From NCBI GenBank assembly GCA_033764955.1, contig JANRIL010000032.1, positions 1-64,000 on the forward strand: DNA of 64,000 nt. Direction: 5' to 3'. This document shows positions 39,696 to 48,966 of this stretch, piece by piece (the first letter of the stretch is position 1; every line of letters begins with the position of its first letter). Source of the stretch: Cyanobacteriota bacterium. GTDB lineage: Bacteria; Cyanobacteriota; Cyanobacteriia; Thermostichales; Thermostichaceae. The translations under genes and the position numbers were made by a program. The notes under the pieces are model-generated. The model was given only the letters and a program-made list of their open reading frames with translations. It was not told the origin of the DNA and did no database searches.

Positions 39696-41387
39696 ATGCT
39701 GCATTTCTTTTGGACAGGCTACTTTTTAGATGAGGCAAGCTATACCACCTATGAATCAGCAAATAAAGAGATTGCTAAATGGGCAGAGTATTATTTGGGT
39801 CAGCATGTTGCTTTTCATCAATCATTGGTAGGGTCAGGCAAAGTTACTGAAAGTCCTCATGACATTTTGATAGGACAACCCACATTTGATCAGCGGCTTG
39901 AAGCTGGATTTGGGAGAGGTAAGCTCTTACGAAATTGGGTCAAAGATAATGCCCTAAGTCAACAGGATGAATGTCACCCTAATACCTTTATCTTCAACGC
40001 TTGGGTTCCCCAGCTACCTCCCGAATGGGCGCGTTGGATGCCCTATTATGAAAGTCAATTGCTAGCTGCCCCTAAGATTTTAGGCTTATGTGGAGATATT
40101 TGGTATGAGAAGACACTGGAGAAAAATGATGATTCAATCGAAGCACAGATCAAAGACAAACTAACTTGTTTCAATATGGGTTTAGCCATTAATAATTTTC
40201 GATATACGAAGAAATCATTTAATCCACTTGGGGAACGGCAGCTATTGCATATCAGCCATCTTGGATCCTATAAAGGGTTTGATATAACTTGCAAAAGCCT
40301 ATTGGGGTTGGATGTGCTTTTACATGTTGGAAGTCATGCCATTCCACAAGAACCTGGATTAATTGAGTATCGATTTCCTGACTTCTCTTACTCATTTAAC
40401 TATCTCGGTAGTATTGATAATAGTGACCCTGAATTTAACCAGTGGGTGGCAGAATCTTGTGATTTTTACATTCATACGGCAACTATGGATGCTCAGGCTA
40501 CGGTTATTCTCGAAAACTGTGCTCGTGGTTTGATCCCCCTTGTTACCCCCGAAAGTGGTTTTAGAAGTGATGCTGCTATTTATTTAACCCACGACCCAGA
40601 GATAAACCGAAAAATTATTGATGAAGCCCTACATTTACCAGAATCAGAACTTCAGGCTCGCAGTCAGAAATTACGTGAGCAGATTCAACGAGAGCATAAT
40701 TGGAAGGATATTTTCGAGAAGATTTGGCATGAGATATCTAGCCATGTTAAAGTCCATGATCAGCTAGGCTCTATTCCACCCATGTCAAGAGAACCCTCTA
40801 TCCCTTCAAAGTCACCACTATCAATTGATGAGCGTATTTATCTCAGTCGAGAACGGCTGACAGAAATTGAGGCTCAGATTCGCCTAGAACGACATGTGGA
40901 ACGTTATGCTCTACTGCGGCAATTTGCGAAGGGTGTGGTTTGTGATGCAGCTTGTGGGTGTGGTTATGGTAGTTACTTAATGAGTAAAAATCCTGATGTT
41001 AAGAAAGTGATTGGTCTGGATATGGATGAAGCGGCAATAGCTTTAGCTAGACAGGATTATGTGACCGAGAAAACCGAATTTTATCAAGCATCACTGGATG
41101 AGTGGACTAGTTCTGAATCCATTGATATGTTAGTTACTGTCGAAACTATTGAGCATATTAAAGATGCCTCTGTAATACCTAATTTTGTAGAGAGAAATCG
41201 GATAAAGCATGTTATTTTAACCTATCCATCCAAAAAAACATCTCACTATAATCCTTATCATCACTATGATTTTAGGCTGCAAGATATTTTGGATTTATTC
41301 CCTAAGTTTACTTGCTACAAACACTTTAACTGGCAATATGAGTTCGATGTAGTTTTCTTGCTCAGGAATCCTGAGGATTTTCTTTGA
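39696..41387 (+). CDS. GT-B (GT4-like) glycosyltransferase fused to a SAM methyltransferase
   Basis: SYKGFD, CDFYIHTATMDAQATVILENCARGLIPLV; C-terminal HVERY, CDAACGCGYG, GLDMD, VETIEH. Confidence 0.75.
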   Translation: MLHFFWTGYFLDEASYTTYESANKEIAKWAEYYLGQHVAFHQSLVGSGKVTESPHDILIGQPTFDQRLEAGFGRGKLLRNWVKDNALSQQDECHPNTFIFNAWVPQLPPEWARWMPYYESQLLAAPKILGLCGDIWYEKTLEKNDDSIEAQIKDKLTCFNMGLAINNFRYTKKSFNPLGERQLLHISHLGSYKGFDITCKSLLGLDVLLHVGSHAIPQEPGLIEYRFPDFSYSFNYLGSIDNSDPEFNQWVAESCDFYIHTATMDAQATVILENCARGLIPLVTPESGFRSDAAIYLTHDPEINRKIIDEALHLPESELQARSQKLREQIQREHNWKDIFEKIWHEISSHVKVHDQLGSIPPMSREPSIPSKSPLSIDERIYLSRERLTEIEAQIRLERHVERYALLRQFAKGVVCDAACGCGYGSYLMSKNPDVKKVIGLDMDEAAIALARQDYVTEKTEFYQASLDEWTSSESIDMLVTVETIEHIKDASVIPNFVERNRIKHVILTYPSKKTSHYNPYHHYDFRLQDILDLFPKFTCYKHFNWQYEFDVVFLLRNPEDFL

Positions 41388-41388
41388 T

Positions 41389-41550
41389 ATAGCTTACTTA
41401 GAGTTAGTGATAACTCAACTGAAGCAAGAAGCTAACTGGCGTAGTCAGGTTATTCACAAAATTCAGAAAAATCGTCATTTATTATTTAACGACTTAGATT
41501 GTGTCAAGGCTTTGGAATCTTTCTACGAAGATATTCATGGTTCATCTTAA
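41389..41550 (+). pseudogene. C-terminal remnant of a GT41/OGT-like glycosyltransferase gene
   Basis: Manual translation IAYLELVITQLKQEANWRSQVIHKIQKNRHLLFNDLDCVKALESFYEDIHGSS* matches the typical GT41 terminal helices (WR..I..KI..NR..LFND..CV.ALE.FY). No N-terminal part is present. Confidence 0.6.
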
Positions 41551-41642
41551 CAACAAAATCATGCTCAAGTGTTCAACAAATTTTGATCCATCCTCTTGAC
41601 CAATTAAAGAGTGGGCTAAACTTTAGCCGAAAAATAGGTCTT

Positions 41643-42116
41643 TTATTCTTCATCTTTCTCACTAATCTGTTGCCAGGTCTGCCAGGTTGCTGCGGGTTGA
41701 AACCCTCGATAAGCCAAATAGTTCCAAATCTTAACCTTCGTTTTAGGATCCGCTTGATCTAAGCTTTCTAGGTGGTATTTCCTTAATATTTTCGCCTTTA
41801 AGTTCAAAATATTCTGAGAATTTTCTAGGTTTGACTCTAGAATTTGCTCTTCCCAAATTTGATCGAATAGACTAGCCTGGATCCCCTTACTTAGGCATTT
41901 AGTCTTGAGGCGTTGTTTTCCATATTGTCCTCGACTTTGCCGGATGAGACTGATGATATAACGAGTATCAGGTTCATATCCCTGCTGCTGCAATGCTTCC
42001 AATGCTTCTTGGATTTCTGTATCCGTAAAGTTATTTTGTTTAGCTTTTTGGATGAGTTCCCAGCGGGTGTAATCGCGGCGGCCCAAGCATGTTAGCCAAT
42101 AATGTAGACAAGTCAT
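41643..42116 (-). CDS. recX: Regulatory protein RecX
   Basis: LGRRDYTRWEL, GYEPDTRY, YGKQRLKTKCLSKGI, YLAYRGF. Confidence 0.8.
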   Translation of the reverse strand: MTCLHYWLTCLGRRDYTRWELIQKAKQNNFTDTEIQEALEALQQQGYEPDTRYIISLIRQSRGQYGKQRLKTKCLSKGIQASLFDQIWEEQILESNLENSQNILNLKAKILRKYHLESLDQADPKTKVKIWNYLAYRGFQPAATWQTWQQISEKDEE

Positions 42117-43686
42117 GAGTCCTCTCGATGATCCTTTCCCTCAGTCTGCCGGACGACCTTTAGCAGCGGCTAGTGATCCGTCTCTGCCTCAAATACCTCA
42201 AGAGGCTTCCTCCTCTTGGCGGCTAGTGGGAGATGTCGTAGCCACACTGGAAACCCAAGCCACCATCTGGTTAGAGCAGCTTTTGCTAGGGATCCCTTAT
42301 GATCCGGTGCCAGGGCTGCAAGCGCAACAGGTTTTGGGATGGATCGAGCAGGTTTTACTGCCCAAACTGCAACAAACCCCCGATGAGATCCATTATCTGC
42401 TGCACGGCTTGGCGGGGGGATATGTGCCGAGTGGTGCCGCCGGAGCACCGACCCGTGGGCGGGTGGATGTTTTACCAACGGGGCGTAATTTTTATGCCGT
42501 GGATATTCGCGGGATCCCGACTGAAACGGCTTGGCAGGTGGGCTATCGAGCCGCCAATGCGGTTGTAGAACGCTACGTGCAAGCGGAGGGAGAATATCCA
42601 CGCCGTTTGGGGTTATCAGTGTGGGGAACCTCGACCATGCGGACAGGCGGCGATGATTGGGCGGAAGCCCTGGCGCTCTTGGGGGTAAAGCCCGTTTGGG
42701 ATGGCTCAGCGCGGCGGGTTTTGGATTTTGAGATCTTGTCCCTCGATGTCTTGCAGCGGCCACGGGTGGATGTGACATTGCGAATTTCCGGATTCTTTCG
42801 GGATGCTTTTCCCAACTTGATTAGTTTGTTTGATCAGGCGGTGAAAGCTGTGGCCGATCTGCCGGAAAGTGAAGCGGATAATCCCTTGCGGGCAAGCGTT
42901 TTGCGAGATCAGGCTTACTGGCAAGTGCAAGGGATCCCGGCGGATCAAGCGGCAGCCAAAGCCAAGCTCCGCATTTTTGGATGCAAGCCAGGAGCCTACG
43001 GGGCTGGATTACAAGGATTGATTGAAGGGCAAAACTGGCTAAGCGATCACGACCTGGCGAGAGCCTATCTCAACTGGAGTAGCTACGCTTATACCGGAGA
43101 AGCGCAAGGGCAAGCCGCCGCCGCGATGCTGGAGCGACAACTCAGTCAACTGCAAATTGTCCTCCACAACCAAGACAACCGCGAACATGATCTCCTCGAC
43201 TCTGACGACTACTATCAGTTTCAGGGAGGGATGACGGCGGCAGTGCGTAGCTTGAGCGGTCGGGATCCCCAGATCTTTTTTGGGGATCATGCTCAGCCCC
43301 AACGCCCGCGTGTCAAGCTACTGCGCGAAGAAATCGACAAGGTTTATCGTTCGCGGGTGATCAACCCCCAGTGGATTGCAGGAGTGATGCGGCATGGCTA
43401 TAAAGGAGCTTTTGAAATGGCCGCCACCGTGGATTATTTGTTTGCCTATGATGCCACCACCCACTGCGTCGAAGATTTTATGTATGCGGGGGTAACGCAA
43501 GCCTATCTGCTGGATCCCCAAGTGCAAGCCTTTATGCAGCAACACAATCCCTGGGCAGTACGGGATATCAGCGAGCGCCTTTTGGAAGCCCATCAGCGCG
43601 GGCTTTGGCAACACCCTGAACCTGCCCTTCTCGATCAACTACAAACCATTTTGCTGGAGGCAGAGCTAGCGGTAGAACAGCATTAA
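42115..43686 (+). CDS. cobN: Cobaltochelatase CobN, C-terminal part only (5'-truncated or split gene)
   Basis: GAPTRGRVDVLPTGRNFY, WGTSTMRTGGDD, RPRVDVTLRISGFFRDAF, HNQDNREHDLLDSDDYYQFQGG. Only 523 aa versus roughly 1200+ for full CobN; in-frame TAA at 42100-42102 upstream. Confidence 0.85.
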   Translation: MSPLDDPFPQSAGRPLAAASDPSLPQIPQEASSSWRLVGDVVATLETQATIWLEQLLLGIPYDPVPGLQAQQVLGWIEQVLLPKLQQTPDEIHYLLHGLAGGYVPSGAAGAPTRGRVDVLPTGRNFYAVDIRGIPTETAWQVGYRAANAVVERYVQAEGEYPRRLGLSVWGTSTMRTGGDDWAEALALLGVKPVWDGSARRVLDFEILSLDVLQRPRVDVTLRISGFFRDAFPNLISLFDQAVKAVADLPESEADNPLRASVLRDQAYWQVQGIPADQAAAKAKLRIFGCKPGAYGAGLQGLIEGQNWLSDHDLARAYLNWSSYAYTGEAQGQAAAAMLERQLSQLQIVLHNQDNREHDLLDSDDYYQFQGGMTAAVRSLSGRDPQIFFGDHAQPQRPRVKLLREEIDKVYRSRVINPQWIAGVMRHGYKGAFEMAATVDYLFAYDATTHCVEDFMYAGVTQAYLLDPQVQAFMQQHNPWAVRDISERLLEAHQRGLWQHPEPALLDQLQTILLEAELAVEQH

Positions 43687-44030
43687 TCGCTTGTGGATTC
43701 TGGGTGAGGAGGCTGGATGGGATTGGCTGAGTTGCCGAGTTCCTCAGGTTCTCCCCTGCCCAAACCTTGCCAGTAGCGGAGCAGTTGTTGGCGGATTTGT
43801 GGAACGCCGGCTCTGGGGGCAAAGCGGGGCAGGGATCCCTCCCGTCCATGCTCATCTACCCACATCAAAACAGGAATCTCTAGCTGAAAGCGCTGCCACC
43901 ACTCCGGTTGCTGAGTAATATCGCGCACCTGCAAACTCGTGACCTCAGGGATCCGTGACAATTTTTCCCACAGCCCCTCACAGAGATGACAGCCTGGCTT
44001 GCTGTAGAGAATCAGAGGAGGCCAGCTCAT
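43683..44030 (-). CDS. Glutaredoxin-like protein (DUF836 type)
   Basis: LYSKPGCHLC, RDIT, EIPVL. Confidence 0.85.
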   Translation of the reverse strand: MSWPPLILYSKPGCHLCEGLWEKLSRIPEVTSLQVRDITQQPEWWQRFQLEIPVLMWVDEHGREGSLPRFAPRAGVPQIRQQLLRYWQGLGRGEPEELGNSANPIQPPHPESTSD

Positions 44031-44857
44031 ACGGCGGTGAGACGGCGATGTTCAAGAGAGGGCATCTGTCGCCGTACCTGACGCAACCGCTCTGGGTTAA
44101 TTTCGGCAATCGCTACCCCCGGTTTGTCTCCTCCATCCGCCAGGATCACACCCCAGGGATCGACGATCATGGCGTGTCCGTGGCACTGCCGCCGTTCATA
44201 ATGGGTGCCCACCTGAGCCGGAGCAATTACATAGGCGGTGTTTTCGATAGCTCGACACTGAATCAAAATCTGCCAGTGATCCCGTCCGGTATAGGCTGTA
44301 AATGCCGCCGGAATCAGCAAAACTTCTGCCCCTTGCGCCACCAAGCCACGATACAGTTCGGGGAAGCGAACATCATAACAAACCGATAAACCGAGGATCC
44401 CTAAGTGAGGGGTTTTGGCAATCTGCAATTGCTGTCCGTGGGCCACCGTATTGGACTCACGGTAGGTGTTGCCATCCGGCAAATTCACATCAAACAGATG
44501 AATCTTTTGATAGCGGGCTAGCTCCTCACCGTTAGGGCCAACCAACGTCGCGGTATTAAAAACTCGCCCCTGATGATCGGGAACCGGATAACCCCCACCC
44601 AAGATCGTCACCTGAAACCGTTGCGCCATCTTCCGCAAAAACTGTTCGGTGGTTTTGGCGATCTCCTCGGCGAGGCGGGTTTTGTCTTCTTCCAAACCCA
44701 TAAAGGCAAAATTTTCTGGCAAGCTGATCAACTCACAGCCTTGCTGCACAGAAAATTCAATCCACTCTTCCGCCTGAGCTAAGTTGGCTGCTAAATCTGG
44801 GACACTGGTCATTTGAACAGCAGATGCCAAGTATGGGCGCATCATGACAGTCTCCAA
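44027..44857 (-). CDS. Carbon-nitrogen hydrolase (Nit1/deaminated glutathione amidase family)
   Basis: LPENF, YQKIHLFD, SVCYDVRFPE (E-K-C triad), RAIEN, GHAMIVDPWG. Confidence 0.9.
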   Translation of the reverse strand: METVMMRPYLASAVQMTSVPDLAANLAQAEEWIEFSVQQGCELISLPENFAFMGLEEDKTRLAEEIAKTTEQFLRKMAQRFQVTILGGGYPVPDHQGRVFNTATLVGPNGEELARYQKIHLFDVNLPDGNTYRESNTVAHGQQLQIAKTPHLGILGLSVCYDVRFPELYRGLVAQGAEVLLIPAAFTAYTGRDHWQILIQCRAIENTAYVIAPAQVGTHYERRQCHGHAMIVDPWGVILADGGDKPGVAIAEINPERLRQVRRQMPSLEHRRLTAV

Positions 44858-44861
44858 TCGC

Positions 44862-45098
44862 TCATTCGAGAGGCGTAAGGTGCCACCAGCCGAAGGCAGG
44901 GCCTACAAATCGTATCACAACCCAGTAGACCATCAATAGAATGATGCCAGCCCAGGCTCCTTGGGTACTCCACTGATAAAACTGGCGGGCTTGGCCTTTT
45001 GTAATCGGGATATCTTTGAGGCGCGGAAACAACAACTCCTGATCGGGATCCCCATATTTACTGCCCAATTCTTCTTTACGTCGTTTGGCATCACCCAT
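44862..45098 (-). CDS. Small cyanobacterial membrane protein (DUF2839-like)
   Basis: MGDAKRRK...GAWAGI...RFVGPAFGWW. Confidence 0.8.
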   Translation of the reverse strand: MGDAKRRKEELGSKYGDPDQELLFPRLKDIPITKGQARQFYQWSTQGAWAGIILLMVYWVVIRFVGPAFGWWHLTPLE

Positions 45099-45315
45099 AC
45101 ATTTCGACTCCTAAGCGGATGGCTTATCCTGCTTTTTAGCATTTTCCCTGTCTTTTTATGGACTGGATTGAATGACCCTGAAAATGTAAAGGATCTTTAG
45201 AAGAAATCAGCCAACCCTATCCAGTTAGCCCATCAGGTCAGGAGTGAAACACAGGCTAGTCCCACTACTTGTTATTTGAGTCACAATGAGGGCTGTTGAG
45301 GTCAAGTAACAGGCT

Positions 45316-45981
45316 ATGACCAAGGAACCGCTCACGGGATCCACTCCCGTCAGACATCGCTCGATCTTCCCCACTGCCTGGGCGCTACTCCTGCTGCTAG
45401 TTAGCTTAAGCTGGCTGAGTATGGGATCCCTAGCCTGGGCAGAGAGCCAATGGAAGGTAGCTGGAGAACCCATCCTGACCCTGCGTGTCCCCAGCGGTGG
45501 AACCAAGATGCGTCTGGCTCAGTTAGAGGCAACCTTTCAAGGCATTGTGGATAGAGTGATTGAGCCACCCCTACAAGTCAGCGTGGAGGGAGATGAAAAA
45601 CAGGCTCAAATTAGCCTGAATGGTCAACTGTTGCTAACGGTCACCCCAGAGGATGCAGCGGCCAACGCCACCACCCAAGCCGTCGCGCTAGCCGAACTGT
45701 GGGGCAATCGCCTGCAATCGGTGCTCAATCAACAGCAGGTTCAGCGACAGCTCTTCTCAACGGGTGGCCTGCCCAGTCAGTTTCAGTGGGGGAATCGTTA
45801 TTATCAACAACAACAAGTCAGTCCCGATGTAGGCAAATTTGTTACCGATGGGACACGGGTTTTGAACCGAGTTCTGTTTTGGGAAGGGCAGGGAGAAGGA
45901 GAACCCATGCCGGCTCCGGCTCCGAAAACCCTCTATCTGCTCAATCGTTATCGTCAGTTTGTGGCCTATACGGCTCCCTAA
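45316..45981 (+). CDS. Secreted hypothetical protein
   Basis: Signal peptide ending AWA; LLTVTPEDA..LAELW motif seen in cyanobacterial periplasmic proteins. Confidence 0.7.
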   Translation: MTKEPLTGSTPVRHRSIFPTAWALLLLLVSLSWLSMGSLAWAESQWKVAGEPILTLRVPSGGTKMRLAQLEATFQGIVDRVIEPPLQVSVEGDEKQAQISLNGQLLLTVTPEDAAANATTQAVALAELWGNRLQSVLNQQQVQRQLFSTGGLPSQFQWGNRYYQQQQVSPDVGKFVTDGTRVLNRVLFWEGQGEGEPMPAPAPKTLYLLNRYRQFVAYTAP

Positions 45982-46032
45982 CCATCCTCAGGCCAGTAGG
46001 GATCCCAGTTTTGATGAGTCTTGATAGCAGAC

Positions 46033-46065
46033 AAAAAAGCAGACCCATCATTTAGGATCTGCTTT
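46033..46065 (-). terminator. Rho-independent terminator of the amino-acid binding protein gene
   Basis: Minus strand AGCAGATCC-TAAATGAT-GGGTCTGCT followed by a T-tract. Confidence 0.65.
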
Positions 46066-46110
46066 ATGGAATTCATGATCGATTCCTCTTACCTATTGAC
46101 TAACTCCGGT

Positions 46111-47331
46111 TTACTTGAGTCCGCTGACAAACTCAAACTTGCCATTTTTAACTTCAAAACCAGAGTAGGTGGTGATGGAGGTATCGCCATTTTCATCAAA
46201 ACTGAAGGAGCCTAGCACGCTGTCAAAGTCTTGGGTAGCCATTACCGCATCCCGCACGGCTGCGCGGTTATTTTCGCAAACCTGGTCGAGGGCTGCCACA
46301 ACGACTTGAGCGGCAGCAGCACCATAAATGGCGTAAGGTTCCGGCTCAGAGTTGTATTTAGCTTTGTAGTTGTCGTACCAAGTTTTGGCGGCTCCTGTGA
46401 ATTCGCTAAAGGGCAATCCACCAAAGGTGGCGTAAACCCCCTCTCCATCTTTGCCACTGGCTTCGATGAAGGCTTGCTCTTGGATCCCATCCGGCCCCAT
46501 AAATTTGGTTTCGGCCATGCCCACGTTCCGCATATCCCGCACCAACTGACCCGCATTGTTTTGGGTGATGCCGCCGTAGTAGATCAGGTCTGGGTTGAGA
46601 CTTTTGATCTTGGTCATGAGGGCTTTGTAGTCAGCGGCTTTGCCATCAATCCCTTCTCGTCCTGCCACAGTCATGCCTAATTCTTTGGATGTCGCCTCAA
46701 ACACGTCGGCGATCCCTTTGCCGTAGAGTTCTTGGTCATCCAGAATATAGACCGTTTTGGCTCCCAAGGACTGTGCCCAGCGAGCGGCCACTGCCCCCTG
46801 AATATCATCCGCCGGGATCACACGGGCATAGTTCCGTTCTCCGTTGGGATAGTATTTGTCCGGTTCCCCGGCTTCCCCTTTGCCTGGCTTGGTGAGTCCA
46901 GGGTAGGTGTTAGCGGGGCTGACCATGACCAAGTTGCTTTCGTTGAGGATGGGGATCGAGAGTTGCGCCGCTCCTGAGTTGAAATGGCCAATCACCGCCA
47001 CAATATCTTCGTCGGCAACAATTTTGTTGGCGTTGTCGGTGACTTGACCCGGATCCCACTTGCCAGCGGCGGCGGTGGCATCATCGTATTGCTCAAATTC
47101 AATTTTTAACTTGCCATCACAAACGGCATAGTCTGTCTCTTCAAAAACCTGTTCGATAGCATTGACAATCGTCTGCGTCTGACCGAGGGAGCTACCCGTC
47201 ATGGGGAGCGCCGAAACCACTTTGACGGTGGCTTCTGATTGAGAGCGGGCTGTTTCCATCCAACCCATGCCAGAAACAGCCGCTACGGCGAGCACCAGCA
47301 GGCTGCGATTCACAAGCTTTTGCATGGTCAT
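46111..47331 (-). CDS. Branched-chain amino acid ABC transporter substrate-binding protein (LivK/LivJ family)
   Basis: Signal peptide, PMTG, VIGHFNSG, SPANTYPGLT, YARVIPADDIQG, YGKGIAD. Confidence 0.9.
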   Translation of the reverse strand: MTMQKLVNRSLLVLAVAAVSGMGWMETARSQSEATVKVVSALPMTGSSLGQTQTIVNAIEQVFEETDYAVCDGKLKIEFEQYDDATAAAGKWDPGQVTDNANKIVADEDIVAVIGHFNSGAAQLSIPILNESNLVMVSPANTYPGLTKPGKGEAGEPDKYYPNGERNYARVIPADDIQGAVAARWAQSLGAKTVYILDDQELYGKGIADVFEATSKELGMTVAGREGIDGKAADYKALMTKIKSLNPDLIYYGGITQNNAGQLVRDMRNVGMAETKFMGPDGIQEQAFIEASGKDGEGVYATFGGLPFSEFTGAAKTWYDNYKAKYNSEPEPYAIYGAAAAQVVVAALDQVCENNRAAVRDAVMATQDFDSVLGSFSFDENGDTSITTYSGFEVKNGKFEFVSGLK

Positions 47332-47865
47332 AATAAAGTCATTTCCTCTTCATAAAATCGGGTAAAGTCTTGATCTAACAAAACATGATCATACACAGGG
47401 ATCCCTGATGCTTACGGACTTATCTGGGGAGAATCATCCGCGTAACTGATGGATAATGCCCCTATCCAGATAGACATAAATAACCCCAAGCAACTGCTCA
47501 TGAAGAACAAGCTTAAGGATCCTGTGTAAAAAGCAGTTTGTCAGTCAAGAGGGTACTGGTAGCTGCTTGACGTTGCCCGTGAGGGATCAGTTCCGGATTT
47601 GACTCAGCTTTTGGCTTCGTTCTGTGGGATCCCGCTGTGGGGAGTGGGATTATTTGCCTTGTCAGCCAATCTCTGATGATCGATGAGACACGGAGTGGAG
47701 AGTAAAAGCTTCAGGCAGGGGGAAGGGAGCTAACTCCATTTAGGAAGTCAGTCACAAAGGATCCCAAATCTTTCGTATCAAACTTTACCTTTTCGGGTAA
47801 AAGTTATGGGAACATCAAAACAATTTGGCAGTCAAGATGTCTTAAGGTTGCAAGGAGGCTTGAGC

Positions 47866-48930
47866 ATGAAGAAATGGATCTCGCTGGCGGTGATGGTAAT
47901 CTGTTGCCTGGGCATTGGCTTAGGATTTCGCCCCGACAGTAGCCTTGCTCAGGAAAAAACCCTGGTCTTCTACAATTTTGCTGAATATATCGACCCACAA
48001 ATTATCAGCGATTTTGAACAAGAGACCGGAGCCAAAGTGGTGAGTGCCTTCTTTGAATCCAACGAAGAAATGGTGGCGAAGCTGGAGGGAGGTGGAGTCA
48101 GCCAATACGATGTGGTGGTAGCTAGTGATTATGTCATCCCTGCCCTCATCCAAAAGCAACTGATTCAACCCCTACAAAAAGATCAAATTCCCAATATCAA
48201 AAATCTCTCCAGCAAATTTGTCGATCCGCCTTTTGATCCGGGCAATGTCTATAGTGTCGGCTATCAGTGGGGAACTACGGGTATTGGCTATCGCAAAGAT
48301 AAGGTCAATGAACCGCTGGAGCCATCCTGGAGTTTAATTTTTGATGCTAGCAAGCAGCAGGGACCTTTTGTCTTGATGGATGATCAGCGCCCGATGATTG
48401 GCATTGCCGCCCGCTATCTCGGCTTTGATATGAACACCACCAACAAAGAGGAATTGCAAAAGGTGCAGGAATTGTTGCTGGATGCCAAAAAGCGCAGCAT
48501 TGGATTTATTGGTGGTGTGGGAGCCAACAACAAGCTGCTAGAGGGAACAGCGAATGTGGCGGTGGTCTGGAATACGGATGTGTTGCGTTCAAAACCAGAA
48601 CAACCCAATTTGGAATATTTTGTCCCTCAGGAAGGGAGCAATCTTTGGATTGACAACATGATGATTGCGGCACAGGCTCCCCATCCTGAGTTGGCTCATC
48701 AATTCATCAACTATCTGCTAGATGCCGAAGTGGGAGCGCTTTTGAGCACCTACAACAGTTGTGGATCCCCCAATGAGGCGGCTAAAGCCTTTATTGATCC
48801 GGTAGATCTGAATAACCCGATTATTTATCCCTCAGCCGAAGACCTAGAAAAGCTAGAGTATGTGAAAGAGATTTCTCCCGATGAGCTACGATTGATTGAC
48901 GCCCTCTGGACGAATGTCAAGAGTGGCTGA
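47866..48930 (+). CDS. potD: Spermidine/putrescine ABC transporter substrate-binding protein
   Basis: YNFAEYIDP, FESNEEM, YDVVVASDY, YQWGTTGI, PQEGSNLWIDNM. AAGGAGG RBS precedes MKKW. Confidence 0.85.
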   Translation: MKKWISLAVMVICCLGIGLGFRPDSSLAQEKTLVFYNFAEYIDPQIISDFEQETGAKVVSAFFESNEEMVAKLEGGGVSQYDVVVASDYVIPALIQKQLIQPLQKDQIPNIKNLSSKFVDPPFDPGNVYSVGYQWGTTGIGYRKDKVNEPLEPSWSLIFDASKQQGPFVLMDDQRPMIGIAARYLGFDMNTTNKEELQKVQELLLDAKKRSIGFIGGVGANNKLLEGTANVAVVWNTDVLRSKPEQPNLEYFVPQEGSNLWIDNMMIAAQAPHPELAHQFINYLLDAEVGALLSTYNSCGSPNEAAKAFIDPVDLNNPIIYPSAEDLEKLEYVKEISPDELRLIDALWTNVKSG

Positions 48931-48966
48931 TCCCTGGTTCTCGCTACTGGGCAAGACTGAGGAATA

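Noticed and set aside
41499..41762. 87-aa plus-strand ORF
   Set aside because: Overlaps recX antisense and the GT41 remnant in another frame; no motif.
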